In this document: positions 1-14,467 of the stretch, one piece after another
Numbering within the stretch: position 1 is the first letter of the stretch
Layout of the letters: every line of letters starts with the position of its first letter
Notes under the pieces: model-generated
Told to the model about the DNA's origin: nothing
The model's database searches: none
Seen by the model: only the letters and a program-made list of their open reading frames with translations
Assembly (NCBI RefSeq): GCF_009914755.1
Contig: NC_060936.1
Direction: 5' to 3' (one strand)
Origin: the human T2T-CHM13v2.0 reference genome, Homo sapiens
Length of the DNA: 64,000 nt
Program-made: the position numbers and the translations under genes

Positions 1-855
1 GCACTAGAGCCCTTGAGGACGGGCGCTGCTCCTGGGTTCAGGAGGATGGTGGGTGACCCCCTGTAACCTCGCCAGGCTGGGCAGTTCGCAGTCAAGAGCG
101 AGGTTGGCCGGGATTTCAGTCTCTTGGGGCGTGGCAGGCCCTTTGGTACCATGCACTCCAGAACTGTGTAAGGAGCAGTTCTTGAAATAGCTGCCTGAGC
201 CACACTGAAAGTTAGAGACATCGTTAGGATGAGAAAGAATAATCTTTTAGTTTTGCACTCGTGAAAAGGAAGAAAGAACAATTTTGAGAGATTTCTCTGT
301 GCCAGCCCTGTTCTTGGCCCTTTTATGAGAATTGTTTCCCTTAATTCTAACAACAGCGCCATGAGTAGATGCTGCTGTTCAACATCGGGTAGAACAGCGG
401 TGAGGGAGGTGAAGGTCACATGACCTGTCTTCCTCCCTCTAGTTCCCAGGGTGTGTTTTGAGAGGGGCAGTCTGTGGGGAAGCTGTGTAGTGGGGGGCGG
501 GGGTGGCAGAGTGGCCTGTGTGTGTGGCTGGTCCTGGGATGGGGGAGTGGAGGCACGTGGTGTGTTTTTTTGCCTCTGGGTGTTACAGCCCTGGCCCTGA
601 GTTTAGCTCTGCTGGGAGGCGGTGGGTGCACCAGGGCCTGCTGTATTCTGAAACTGGGAGTGTGTGCCTAACCCCGCACCTCTGTTGGGCCAGCAGAGGC
701 CCCCACCCCAGTGGGCAGGGCCTTCCAGACCAGCTGCCTTCCCTGCCTTCCTCACTCCTCATCTGTCACCCACCATCCTGGGTGACCTGAGGTGGGCTGG
801 AGAGACGAGCTGCGTCCTGGTTCCAACCGTCTCACTGTGTCCCTCCGCCTGGCAG

Positions 856-957
856 GTGAACGAGAACGCCAAGAAGGACCTGAAGGAAGGCCTGCTGCTG
901 TACCACACCGAGAACAACGTGGGGCTGAAGAACGCCTGGAACATCATCCAGGCTGAG
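856..957 (+). CDS. TSPAN9: Tetraspanin-9 internal coding exon (start of large extracellular loop EC2), VNENAKKDLKEGLLLYHTENNVGLKNAWNIIQAE
   Basis: CAG acceptor at 853-855, GT donor at 958-959, 102 nt phase 0/0; peptide recognised as TSPAN9 EC2. Upstream exons lie outside the window. Confidence 0.96.
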
Positions 958-1671
958 GTGCGGGCTGGGCCGCCCTGGTGGGGCCAGGCAGGGAGGAGGG
1001 GTGGCGGCCGGTACTTCTAGCTGCCTTCCCCGGTGACCTGGCCGGGCACCTGTGCTTTCTGGATTTTAGCCGGGAGTGGAGTGGTACCCACGGGGGCATT
1101 TGCCTGAACTGCTGAGTCAGATGTGATACAGCAAGGTACAGCCAGGGAGGGATGAGGATACAGGAGGGGCAGGCCTGAGAGAGCTGTGGCTGAGCTTTGG
1201 GATGAATGACTGAATTTATTTTAGCAACAGATTTGCCTCCATGATGGGGCTTGGCTTAGGTGAGGAGGCCCTGGCTCTAGGAGGAGAACAAGTCCATAGT
1301 CCCAGATGCTCCCATTTTAAGCCCTGGGGAGGGGCCGGCAGGGGGTTGGGTGGCAGTCAGCTTGGGACGGTTTACAGAAAGAGCAGAGGTGCTGGTGGGC
1401 AAGCACAGGGCTGAGCCAAGGGGCCCAGCCCGAGGGGTGGGCTGCATTGCCCTCTCCCGCTCTGGTCTCCAGGAAGGAGTGCTCACTCACTTCTCCAGTG
1501 GGCCCGGCTGAAGCCCAAAGAAGGGACAAGAAGCAAGCCCTTTGTCTCCTCCCTTAACTGCAGGGTGGCCACTTTTGCGGGGACTGGGGTTGGCCTGGGC
1601 AGGGGAAGGCCCTGGGGAGGAAGGGGCGGGCCATGGCATGTCTGACTGCCCCTTCCATTCCTGCTGGCCAG

Positions 1672-1803
1672 ATGCGATGCTGTGGTGTCACTGACTACAC
1701 AGACTGGTACCCAGTGCTGGGGGAGAACACGGTTCCCGACCGCTGCTGCATGGAGAACTCCCAGGGCTGCGGGCGCAACGCCACCACGCCTTTGTGGAGA
1801 ACG
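1672..1803 (+). CDS. TSPAN9: Tetraspanin-9 exon with CCG and PxxCC motifs, MRCCGVTDYTDWYPVLGENTVPDRCCMENSQGCGRNATTPLWRT
   Basis: CAG at 1669-1671, GTGAG donor at 1804, 132 nt phase 0/0; tetraspanin CCG and PDRCC signatures, N-glycosylation sequon NAT. Confidence 0.97.
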
Positions 1804-2207
1804 GTGAGGCTGGGGATGGACCGCTTGGGTCCAAGAGCCCGTGTGTGGATGCCCCGGCACGGGGAGCCCTATAGGGGAGGCTGGGCCCGGGACACTAAGA
1901 GGTTGGCTGAATGTGGCGGTGGGGGGCTCACAAAAATAAAGCCAAAAGACAGGTGGAAAATGGGGGGTGGGGCTGGACCCACAGTTGGGAGAGTCAGAGG
2001 GCGAGGGGTTGAATGGGGTCTGAGGCTCTGCAGCTGGCCTTGCGGGTGGGGCGGAGGCTGCGCCAAGGGATGGGGACAGGGCTGAGGCCAGGGAGGGCTG
2101 GGAGGTAAGAGTGAGGACGAGGTGGAAGGAGAGAGTGAGCTGGGGGCTGGGCTGCAGGGAGCGCATGCTTGGGCTGGGACCCTAACCTCGTGGGCCTCGC
2201 TCCCCAG

Positions 2208-2291
2208 GGCTGCTATGAAAAGGTGAAGATGTGGTTCGATGACAATAAGCACGTGCTGGGCACGGTGGGGATGTGCATCCTCATCATGCAG
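2208..2291 (+). CDS. TSPAN9: Tetraspanin-9 exon (GC motif and start of TM4), GCYEKVKMWFDDNKHVLGTVGMCILIMQ
   Basis: CCCCAG acceptor ending at 2207, GTAAG donor at 2292, 84 nt phase 0/0. Confidence 0.97.
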
Positions 2292-2866
2292 GTAAGAGGG
2301 GCGTCCCCAGCAGCCTCACCCACCCTGCTGGCCTCAGCCGCAGAGGGAAGGAAGCACAGAGAAGTGAAAGCAGTGTTGGTACACGGCGGAGGGTCTGGAA
2401 TTCATCACAGCTATTCAAGCTTAGCAGCTGTGCCTGCCACCGTTTCCGCAGAGCTCTGATATGAGAGCACGTGTCTACTCAGCACTGAGAGTGGTGCTCA
2501 GGGCTGCCTGTGGCCAGGCCCAGGCTGGGATATTGAAGCTGGAGTCAACCCCCGTGGGTTCCCCCAGTTCTGCCCAAACCTTGAGCTCAGAGAGCCATGC
2601 AAGACACACACGGTGTCCCCCGGTCACCATCTTTACAGCCTGTGCACATGGCACACTCTCTGTGGTGACCGTGAGACCACACCGGGCTTCCTTCTGCCTC
2701 CTGCACTCCTCTGGGTCCCCGGCTCCTTTGAGGATTCAGGAGGGAAGGGGCACAAACGAGTAGTGACGTGGTCCTGAGCACACATCACTGGAAAGACAGC
2801 CCTGCTGCTGCCAAGACATCGCACCATGTGTTCCACAAGCAGACAAGAGAGGCTTGACAGGAGTCC

Positions 2867-3139
<273 letters not shown>

Positions 3140-3518
3140 TGGCCTGAGTCCTGAATGATCCCTGCCACCTCCCACTCCCCACCTTGGCTCCTGTGAGCCC
3201 CCACGTAGAGCCAGGTCCTCCGTGCATTCCGTGCCTGCAGCGCCCCTCTGAGTAGGCACACGTATGCATCCTGCAGAGGTTCGATGGCTTCTGGTCTAAC
3301 AGCCCCACGAGGCTGAGCCAGAGTTCACCTGTGTGTGTCTCCAGGGTGACCTCTGTTCACGGTTTTCTTCATGTCTTCATTCCATAAGCATTTTCCTGGC
3401 ACACCAGTGGCCATCCCCGCTTGCTCTAGGTGCCCTGTGACATCCCAAGCCTCTCGGGGCTGAGGTCAGGTCCAGGCTGCTGCAGCTCCTGCCTCAGGCC
3501 CCTCCCCGTGTCTTTCAG

Positions 3519-3590
3519 ATCCTGGGCATGGCCTTCTCCATGACCCTCTTCCAGCACATCCACCGGACTGGTAAGAAGTACGACGCATGA
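3519..3590 (+). CDS. TSPAN9: Tetraspanin-9 last coding exon, ILGMAFSMTLFQHIHRTGKKYDA-stop
   Basis: TCTTTCAG acceptor ending at 3518, TGA at 3588-3590; matches the recalled TSPAN9 C-terminus. Confidence 0.97.
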   Translation: MLGMAFSMTLFQHIHRTGKKYDA

Positions 3591-6500
3591 GCGGGCTGGC
3601 CGGGAGTGCCCACCCCGCCCTGCTGCCCTGTGGAGGGAAGAGGATTGAGCTTTGTGTCGCCTGCCTGCGCTCTCCAGATATGACCCCTGCACCCACCCCC
3701 CACAGCCTGCCCTACCCCACCTACCCTGCCTCAGCCTCGGACTTCTCAGTGGGTGGAGTGCCAGGGAGGAGGAGGCACACGGAGACCTGGGGCTCGGGGC
3801 CCCTGGATTCCTGCATCTGCATATGCGTATTTGCCAAAGACGACAGGGTGGGCTGGGGTGCGCTCTGGAGGAACCCCCGGCACTGATGGGCTTCTGCCCC
3901 TGCCCTTCCTCACACTGACACTTTGTCCCCACATGGGGTGGGGAGCAGAGTGCCCGCCCCGTGGAGATACCGCCCCAGCGGGGGCTGCGACATCCATGGC
4001 CACCATGGGGCACCTGGCGGGGCGGGGGTCTGCCGGCCTCTGGGCAAGGCCCCTGGAGCATCTCGCCCAGGCTTTTTATACCTTACAATGTAACTTTTTT
4101 ATTTTATTTTACTCTATGATTATTCAGGAATATTATCTCTCAGATAAGTTTAGGGTTAGATTTCTGATTTGTAACTTTTTACTGTGTTGATTTCTTTAAT
4201 GGTTTGACTTTTTTTCCCTGAGGGTGAGGGATGGGTGGGAAGAGAGGACATCTGTCCAGTCTCAATCAGGACAGACCACCGTGCGACACCCAGGAGGCTC
4301 TCGGATGGGGCGCGCCTGCGCCCTCAGAACGTGTGGGAAGGAGGGGGCGTGGACAGGACACGGGACCTTGCCAGGCCTGGTGTCTGAGGACAGGAGCCTG
4401 GGAGAGGCGGGTGGAGCGTGAAGCAGGCTGGAGGTGCCCCTGCACGGGAGGTGGCGTTTGCTAACCAATCGAGCTGGAAATGCCAGGGCAGGGGGGCCCC
4501 ACGGTGCTGTGGCAGAGCTAGAGGGGTCCTTAGACTTTTCACTGATGAGCAGTTGTTGGTTTTTTCTTTCTCCCTTCCTCCCGCTCTCTGCTGGCACGCG
4601 AGGCTTCCCCTTCCACCCCATGTGGGTATTCCCACAACAGGTTCTGCACACCCCAGTTATTTCACAGACATTCCTGCTAGAAACTGTCAGACAAATACCT
4701 CTCTAGTTCGGATGCTGCTCACTTTCCCCCTTGCTTCTGGAAGGGGAAGCAGTCCTTAGGTTTTGCTGTGCTGGGACAGTGGCAGGGGACCCACAGGGGT
4801 GAGGACCCACGGTCCTCCCCGCCAGCCTTGCTCAGCTGTGGGTTGCCCTGCTGGGAAGGAGGGAATCACGTCCACCTGGGTCCCAAGATCTTCGCCTCCT
4901 TCCCTGGGGCCACGGACATCAGCAGTGGGTTGGGTGGCGATTATATCATCTGTGATCCCAAGGAGAAGAAATACAGAAAACCCAAGAGAGGTCAGACTGG
5001 CTCTTGTTACCGGAGCCACGGGAAGAAAGCAGCCGGAGTCACGCACGTGCAGAGCTGGGCATGGGAGAGAAACGGGCTGGGGAGTGAGGCCAGGAGTGGG
5101 ATTCAGCTGCAGCAGGGCGCCCCCTCCAAACTGCAGCTGGTCTGGCTTACTGTTTTGCCGTTCAAAAAGGTCGCGAATCCGTGGGACTGAGCACGGGGAC
5201 CTCACCCGCTAGCCAGCGTCTGCTGCACTTGATCAGGTGGGGCCTTGGTGGGCGGCTGCCTTTCCTATACAGTTTGTCTTGTCACCCTGGTTTCCCACTG
5301 GGGCCAGGTCTCTTCTCCAGCCTCCACCTGCCTGTCTGATCCAAGAGCTGAGACACGGCCACCCAGCACCAGTCACTCCTCTGTTCACCTTAAGTAACAC
5401 ACAAACCGGGAACAGGAGGACAGAACCGTTGGCATTATCAGGATTCGTGTTTTGTGGGGGTGGGAGTGGAGAGTAGGGTGGTCTTGTGAGTTGTGCAGGG
5501 TGAAGACCGCTTCCCTGAGACAGGGGCAGTGGTGCTGATGGAATGTGGGGGAGGCCCACATTTGAGCAAAGCTGCCCTGCCCTTGTCCCCTGGCCTGGCT
5601 TCCTGGTAAGGAGTTTCAGCCGCCTCCGCAGGAACCCCCAAAGTGCAGATTCCGGAGCAGACACATCCGGGCGGAGAGACTCAGCAGACAAGTGCTGCAG
5701 TTGCACGGTGGGACCCGGGGCCTCGTGCGTTTTTTGCTGTGGGTGGGGTGGGTGGGTTGGTTTATGCCTATCAATGCAATTTTTAATTTTTGTTAATATC
5801 AACAGCAAAAGCCTAGTGCATTGGGAGATGTGCAACCTCCCTGAAAATCTTTTCTGTTTCTGGAGTACTTCAGGGGTGGCCTCTGGCCCCAGAGCCTTTG
5901 CCACAGTGCTCCCACCAGCCCCCACCTCATCCGTCTGTTTGCAGAGCCTCATCTACAGGTCCCCACGCTGCCTTCTTTACTCACTCTGCGCTTGGCCGTT
6001 TTGTTATTTGGCTTAGTCTACATTGGGCGGAAGTCTGTGTGCACAGAGTGGGTGTTCCTTCGAGCCCCTTCCACTCAGAGGGCCACACCCAGCGATGCCA
6101 GTGAAGGTGGCACAGCCTCTCTTCAGTTTCTCCTGACTGTGATCTCACTGGGGTAGAATTCCCCTGAGAGAATTCCCTCACTCACGGCTCCCTTTGCCAG
6201 AGTCAGTTCAATCAGGTCTGATGTGAGCAATTTACACACTTGTCTCAGAAAGTCCCTCAGGGTTTGTAGAGGACTGCAGGGGGGCATCCGCTGCAGACTC
6301 AGCCTTTCTCTGCAGCCATCCTGCAGTGGGGGTGAGCGGGCACAGGCTGAGAACTGCTCTTGGGTGGTGGAAGCAGGTGTCACGGTGCAAGTCTCCCCCT
6401 GCACCCCTCCCCCAGCTTGAGCCGTGTCACCCCCCTCTCCCTCCAGCATGGGCCTGTGTCTCAGGCTCTCTGGAAGGTGGCCCTGCCCCGGACCCTCTTG

Positions 6501-7033
6501 CAGGTGTCCTGGTTTGACTTGGAACTAGATGGCCATCTTTCCAGGCTTTGGTGGCCCAAGAGCAGTCTGGGTGGATGGAAGTGGCTGTCCCCTCCTCTCC
6601 AGCCCCTGCCCACCCACTGGTGGAGGTGCTAACTAGCAGGGACGTGGCATAGGATGGGAGCTGGGCGTGAGGTGCTTGGGGTCCATTCTTTGTCCCTCAG
6701 CTTCTCAGAGTCCGGCCAGCCCTTGTGTTCCCGTGCCCCACACTTTCCTCCTCCCCACTGCAGTGAGTCAATAGTCCAGGGTGGGGCCTGGCCTCCCTGC
6801 CCTGATTGGGGACTCAGGAGGTGAGGCCTGGGGGGCTTCCTGCCCCCTCCTTGCCCACCTGCCTGCCCCCGGGCAGCACGGGAGGGAGAGCAGGGTGAGC
6901 ACGCTTGTTGGTTTCAGATGCACTTTCTGCTTGCATTGCCGTATCTGTGCGTTCCTTCATCCTGGTCCTGGCTTTATGGAACACCATGTTTTTAGCATGT
7001 TTTTAAATAAAAACGGATAAAGTGTCAAAAGCA
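3591..7033 (+). other. TSPAN9: TSPAN9 3' UTR (about 3.4 kb)
   Basis: Runs from the stop codon to an AATAAA followed by a GU-rich element; end coordinate approximate. Confidence 0.8.
7006..7011 (+). terminator. TSPAN9: TSPAN9 polyadenylation signal AATAAA
   Basis: AATAAA preceded by U-rich tracts (TGTTTTTAG, TGTTTTT) and followed by GTGGTGTGTTTTGTT at about 7051-7065. Confidence 0.85.
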
Positions 7034-8619
7034 CAGCAGGCTGTCTCTCAGTGGTGTGTTTTGTTCACTCAGCCAAAACTGTGACTTAGGTCGTGGTTGG
7101 TGTGAGGGACCCAGAGGGATCAGATACCACTCCTACCCTTCATCCAAGACACACCCCCAGGGGGACCTCATCTCTCTTTTGGGGCCCAGGTCACAGATCT
7201 GCTGGCGTGGGGAGGGTCTCTGTCCTCTCTGGGTGCCTGAGGAATCCTAACATCCCCCCTCGAAACAGGCTGGATCAGGGGGCAGTCCCAGTGCCCGAGG
7301 CCTTCTGCCTGAGAGGCTGAAGTCCTGTCTCCGTACCAATCACCCATCACACATGGCCAGTCCTGTGGCCAGGCCCCGAAGTGTATCGTGGGGCGGGTAT
7401 GGAATAAGCCACTAGCAGCTTCCAGTAGGGTAAGGGGCTTCCTGTAGGGGTGGGGGCTGTCAGTTTCAGAAACAGTCTTCTTCCCAATCCCTGTGATGTT
7501 CCCGGGGTTCATTTGACCTTGATGTCTCGGACTGAGGGGGCCTCACAGTGTGTCTTGGCCTTTTCAGGGTGACTGGGACAGCCTCAAAGAAGGAACAAAA
7601 TCAGGATGAGGATGGTCAGCAGGGAAGGCCATTAAAACCGCGAGCAGGAAGAGCTGCTGGCTGGGCCACTGACGTTGCCGCCTTCCTGCAGTCGAAGTCT
7701 CCCGCGGCCTTGGTTGGGGTCCTGGTGTGTGGGGTTTCCTTGGCTGTCAGTCAAGGTGACAAGTTGCAGATGAGAAGCTCAGAACTCCCCTTGCTGGTCC
7801 TCACTGTGTTCATGTCCCCAGGGTGGAGGCAGGCGTGAGGGTGAGTGTGCATGGGGGTCTGAGAGCAGTTGGAGGTTTGGAGGTGAGCATCTTGAAACCC
7901 CTCTGCCTGTGGAACTCCATCTCCCGCCTTCTCAAGGGAGTGGCCAGGTCCACACAGAATTATCCCAAAACATCAACCTCTGGGGCCCCCTCCTGCAGCT
8001 GCTGTGTCCCAGAGCCTCCAGAGACGGTGCCTTGAGTCTGAGCCACCCTCTGTCTAAGGTCCAGCTGGAGTGATGTCCCTGGGAACCTCCCCAGGATATT
8101 TACCGAGAGAGACTTTGTGGCTGTAGGGTCAGGATTGATCGTGGCTGAGGAGCAGGTGACCCCCTCATCGTCTGCGGAGGACAAACCAGCTCATAGGAAT
8201 TTGGGTGGATGCCACCCTGTCTCTGCTCATTCTTACTCTCGCTCCTGCCCCCAGGCCTGTTGAGATGCCCACTGGGTCACTGTGCTGTGTTTTGGGGCTT
8301 CCAGGCAATGGAACACACTGGCTGTTCTCTTAACCCTCGGCTCTGGTTGCCCTGGCTGTGCGGGAGAGGAGCATCTTCTTTGGGACTTCTAGTGACGAGG
8401 CTAGCACCTCTGGGCTGGGTCTGGGCTCCTCTGTCTAGGGAGTGGCTGAGATGACCCGGGGGGGGGGGTCCCTCCTTTGCGCCCCCATTCTTGTGTGTTG
8501 TGATGGAACTGCCTCCCCATTGGTGCTCAGCAAAGGGCAAGTGAGAAAGGGTGGCTTCTGAGCCCCGCCAGCTTTCCATGGGGCCAACAGTGGCGCTTGC
8601 ACAGACAAATGTCTGTTTG

Positions 8620-9270
8620 CCCAAAGACTTACTGAATACTCACTCGTGCCAGGCACCTAGAACACAGTCGTGGACGACACAGACCCAGTCCCTGCACTTT
8701 CAGAGCCGACCATTTAGTGGGGACCCCAGAAGAGTGCCTGTGATTGCAAGTAAGTAGTGGCAGCAATGTTCACAGGGCACTGGGAAGCCCTGGGGGACAG
8801 TCACTGGCTGAACCTGGGGAAGTGAGGTCTCCAGAGCAGGTGATGTCAAAGCTAAGAGCTGAAGGTGGAGGTGTTCACCTGGCAAAGAGAGGCAGGAGAT
8901 GTGTCCTGTGGATGCTTGTGGTCCACAGAGCTGGAGCACAAAGGGTGAAGGTGAAGGTCTGGAGATGGTGGTGACCACCAGATCACAACCTTGAGAACCA
9001 GGCCAAGGAACTTGAAGTTCAGGCTGAGAACAGTGGGAGCTGTGGAAAGGCTTTAAGCCCAGGTGTGACAGGCTCAGATGTAGCCTTTAGAAAGCTGGCT
9101 GTGGCTGCAGTGTGGAGAGTTTTCAGGGACAGGGGAGGCCACCGGGGGACCAGGCACAGGTGCCGCAGTGATTTAGGTGACAGACGATGGAGCCTTAGGG
9201 AAGGGCAGTGGGATGGAGATGAAGCCGGAAGATTTGAGAGATGCACAGGAGAATCTGCGAGCCTTGGTGG
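8620..9270 (-). mobile_element. L2 LINE fragment (degenerate)
   Basis: TACTGAATACTCACTCGTGCCAGGCAC...GCTTTAAGC...TTTAGAAAG...GGCTGCAGTGTGGAGA resembles the L2 3' end; boundaries approximate. Confidence 0.6.
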
Positions 9271-9574
9271 TTAATTAGATTTATGCAAAGAGAAGGAGCG
9301 TTCTTGCCACTCGCCCAACATGACACCCTCAACCCAGACAGGCAGATGACTAATTGTTTGCATCAAATGGATGGATGAATGTGTTTTCTGGGCTCGGTGC
9401 TTCTGTGCAGGAGATGACAGAGATCAGCATGGTGCAATTAAATCTCTTTGTTTGTGTTGAGCTGCACAGCTTGCAAAATGCTTCCATAAATGTGATCTAG
9501 GCTCCTCCTGACCAAAACGGTCTTATCAGCTGTCACTGTGCTTAAACTTTCACCATCAGAGATGCACCAAGGTG

Positions 9575-9790
9575 TGCATGGGAGGAGCACTGATGTGGGT
9601 GCCAGAGGACCCGGGTTAAACTCCCAGTTTGCATTTGGTGTCCCTGTGAGCCTCGGAACTTGTCTTGGTTTTGTTATTTGCAAATGAGGATAATGCCTAT
9701 TTTATAGATTTGTTGTGGGGATTAAATAGAGACATGTATGTAGAGGCATCCGGCTTGTTCCTGGAGCAGGATAGGTGCTTGGCAAGAAAT
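9575..9790 (+). mobile_element. MIR SINE
   Basis: Degenerate MIR core (TTTGCAAATGAGGATAAT...TTGTGGGGATTAAATAGAG). Confidence 0.6.
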
Positions 9791-10591
9791 TGGTTGAACC
9801 TGGGTCGCCACATGAAAGGCAGGACCCCAAGGAAGAGCAGCTTTCAGCCCAAGGACACAGGAGAGCGGTCTGGGAAGGGGTGCTGGTGTATGAAGGGAGA
9901 GTGAGCTGCCCGCAGGGGCTCAGGGAACAGGTTTCCCCATGCCTTTGTTTTGCCCTGGGCTGGCTCAGCAGCAACACTCAATATTCCACAGAAGCAAGAA
10001 GGAAGCCAGATTAAATAAATGTCATTTTGGACACAAAAATATTGACATTGCGATGGTCCCTTCTTAAAGCCGTCAGCAAAGCTTGGTAGGCTATTGATTT
10101 AGCCATCTCATTTTTGCTGAGTTTAATGACAGGAGCGAGATAGACTATTGTCTCCTAAAGCTAACAAAAAGAGTAACAGCACTCCACAGGGCACGCTGGA
10201 GCCAAGCCCTCCTGATTGAAGCTGACGCCCTGGAACCTCTCCTTTGCAGCCCAGAGACTACCAGGTAGCTGAGAGCCAGCTGGGGCAGAGCTGGGCACTG
10301 CCTCGTTTTCCTTGGCCCTATGTGCAGAGGAGAGAGGTGAACGGGGACATGAAGGCCGCACAGTGGCCTGTGGCCGGGTCTTGCGGTTAGCACCTGTTGC
10401 CCGGAGATTTTTCTTCTGGTTACTGAGTTCTGGAACAGCCTACAGCAGTGTCCAGAGCAAGGCCAGGCTAGCTTTGGTGGTCGAGGGGAACTGCAGCCCA
10501 CATGCTCTGATTTAATGACCTCAGGAAGCTCATTGTCCTTTGCCTCCCTACTCCCACCTCAACTCCTCCACTCAATTTCTGGAATCAGAAT

Positions 10592-11265
<674 letters not shown>

Positions 11266-11724
11266 ACATGTTCTCAATATATTTCTTTTCTCTGGCAAGG
11301 GACCCTAGTTCCTGAAAGGACTCAGCCTTCTTATTTACCAGATGGCCCCTCCAAGAGAGTGTGTTGGGTTTGACCTCTGGCCTCCAACTCAGGGTTCTCT
11401 AAAGGAGGATTAGAGATTCCTGAGCTATTCTCAATATTTTAAAAGTCCCAGCGAAGTTGTTCCTCACCCCCATCATGGGAACATAAACCCTTTGGGTCTG
11501 GATGGCTGTGTTATGCCCTTAGTGCAGTGGCATGGTTCGTACCTTGCTAATGGAAAGGGCTGGGTTCCCGCCTCACTCTTTCCCTCCTCTCCCCTGGTCT
11601 GGTGCAAAGCCTCCCACCGGATGCTCCGCAGGTCCTCTCCTTCCTGCTCAGGTCACTGCCAGATAGGGCTTGACCAGTGGCAGAAGCAGGAGGAAAAAGA
11701 AGTAGGAGCTTCTTGTGTGTTTGC

Positions 11725-12113
<389 letters not shown>

Positions 12114-13481
12114 TGAGAACCAGGGTCCCCAGCTCGAGGCACCCTGAGGCAGCAGTGACAGCCCAGCTGGGGCTGACATGAGGCATCAGTACCTGCTAGG
12201 AAGTAGTGGCAGCTGACAGGCCAGCCGGCAGCCACCAAGGCACAGCTTCAGCACAGCTTCTTGCTGCCTGCCCGGATGACAAGGCCCAGGGCTGTGGGGA
12301 CAGCAGTCACCAACCACTGACAGTGCTGTGCAGCAGGGAGGGTCCTGGAGTGGTACTTGTTCCTCCTCGGTACACACACACTCTCAGTGATGGTGGAGGT
12401 GAGTAGATGTCCAGGTCCAATGGGACAGATGACGGTGAGCGTGCCCTGGGCTGGCTTCCTTCCCCTGTTCAACATCCAGACAGTCAGAGGCTGCTGCTGT
12501 GGCCGTTGAGTGAACGACTGAACATTGGCCAAGGAGGTCCTGAAGACACAGGAGAGCGGGGCAGGGCTGGGGCTCTCGTGCGAAGCGGGTCCCCGCTGGA
12601 CCTCGGGTGGATCCACCTGTTCACACAGCACGTGGCCAGGCTGCGTCGGGTTCACACCACACCAGGTGTGCGGTTCCATTCTCAGCTGCCTCCCAGGCCA
12701 CCCCCACCCCTCTGTCTGGGGATCCCCTGAGTTCCGCTTACCCGGGTACTCTTCAGGCTTCCCACCCCACCTCAAGCAAGTTTTCTAGACAGAAGAGTGA
12801 ATGAGAGAGAATGAGTGTCCATGTCATAGAAGGGAAAGCGTATTTCTTTTTCCTTGCGCTGGGCAGCCTGATGGCCTCAGCAAAGATTCGTCTTTTTGCA
12901 TTGAGATGAAAAGGTGTCCAACTCTGGATCTGGGGATGAGGACGAACCAGCTGGTCCAAGGTGGAGAAACCCTGTCATTGTGGAGTGAGGTCGTCTGGGG
13001 GTCCAGGTGGCAGTAGGAGTGTGTGTCTCAGCCAGGGGGAGCCCCATTGCTTGTGACCTCTCCCCACACTCTGCCTCTCCTGCATCCAGGCAGAGGGCCG
13101 TGCACGAAGTGGGGAAAGGCTCACCGCAGATTTCTTAACAGGCTGGTTGCGCATCCTGGTAAACGGTGTGAAGATATTGACTGACCAGAGACAGAAAGCT
13201 TTACAAGGAACACAATTCAAGTACACATGTTTGAGCCTGGCTCTCGCTGACAGCCAGGAGCTAATGACACTTGTGAGCAGAAGAAGTCAATTCAAACAAA
13301 TCATGACCAGAGCTGACAGAAGGGTAAGCAGGACCCTGCGCAATGTGGCCAGCGGGTTTACTCAGGGGGAAGCCACAGCTAACGTGGCTTCAGGATGTCA
13401 CCATACATTTGGTGAACTGATGGCAGGGGTTTCCTCGCAGTGGAGGGAAAAAAATCAACAGAGGTAGTCTAGATAGAATCC

Positions 13482-13487
13482 TTTATT
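13482..13487 (-). terminator. Candidate polyadenylation signal of the pseudogene 3' UTR remnant
   Basis: TTTATT on + (AATAAA on -), followed on - by TGTTGATTTTTTT about 20-35 nt downstream; 5.2 kb 3' of CE7. Confidence 0.4.
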
Positions 13488-13817
13488 ATTCATTACCATG
13501 CCCCTAGCACGTGAAGCTGGGCTTACACTGAGGTCAGCTATGGAGAGGGGTGTGTTTACAATGAGAGCAGTTTCTCTATATGCAGTAGGTTAAGCCATCG
13601 TCTCTGTTTCTGGAATACTGTGATGACCCACATCCATGGGCCAGCTGGTTCCAGGAGCCCATCTGGCCTTGCTGACACTGGGCTGCCTGAAGGATTAGCC
13701 GCACTTGCACAGGGCGGGCTGGGGAAGGGGAGTCCCGGGTTTATAAGCAGGAGGAGGCAAGGCCCATGGGAGGCAGGGAGCATGGGCTGGGCCATGTGCT
13801 GAAGCAGGAAAAGGGAG

Positions 13818-13953
13818 GCAGGGCACAGCGGCTCATGCCTGTAACCCCAGCACTTTGGGAGGCTGAGGCAGGAGGATCACTTGAGCCCAGGAATCGGAGA
13901 CCAGGCTGGGCAACATAGGGAGACGCTGTTTCTACAAAAAACTTTAAAAAAGT
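13818..13953 (+). mobile_element. Alu monomer (FLAM_C-like)
   Basis: Single left arm with A-tail and 12-bp TSD AGGAAAAGGGAG (13806-13817, 13954-13965). Confidence 0.88.
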
Positions 13954-14301
13954 AGGAAAAGGGAGCAACAAGGATGTTGTCGTGCCTCTCCCAGGGCACA
14001 TAGGAGGTGGTGGGAAAGCAGGCTGGGGAGTGTAATCTGTCTCCTTCCAGGAAGGGACCCAGCCACCGGGTCTCCTGGCCAAGGCCACAGACCATCCAAG
14101 AGCCGTCCAGGGCAGGGCAGGGCAGGGCAGGCGCCGCACAGATGCACAGTGCGAAGGCTTTCCTGGTCGGCTGTGAGCGACCATAGCGGCATGCTTCATC
14201 CCCAACCCCACGATGGAGGTAGGGGGACAGTTGCAGCTGGGCAGCCTGAGGGACTTTTAAACCCTGAGGGGGGTGGCAGTGTCCCTGGGGCGTGGTCTAA
14301 A

Positions 14302-14467
14302 GCAGTGGTTCTTAAAGTGTGGTTCCAGGGCCAGCAGCAGCCCCTGGGGACTTGTTAGAAATGCAAGTTATTTGCTCTGCTTCTCCTGATTAGAAACTCT
14401 GGTGGTGGAGGCAGCAATCTGGAAAAGCATCCCCCCCCAGGTGATGCTGACTCAAGTTTGATCACTC
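14302..14467. mobile_element. MER5A-like hAT-Charlie element
   Basis: CAGTGGTTCTTAAAGTGTGGT...CTTGTTAGAAATGCA...CCAGGTGATGCTGA. Confidence 0.75.

Noticed and set aside
1633-2085. 150-aa ORF containing CCG as a standalone gene
   Set aside because: It is the 132-nt TSPAN9 exon plus intron read-through.
5233-5952. 239-aa minus ORF, same length as TSPAN9
   Set aside because: Antisense to the TSPAN9 3' UTR with no tetraspanin features; length is coincidence.
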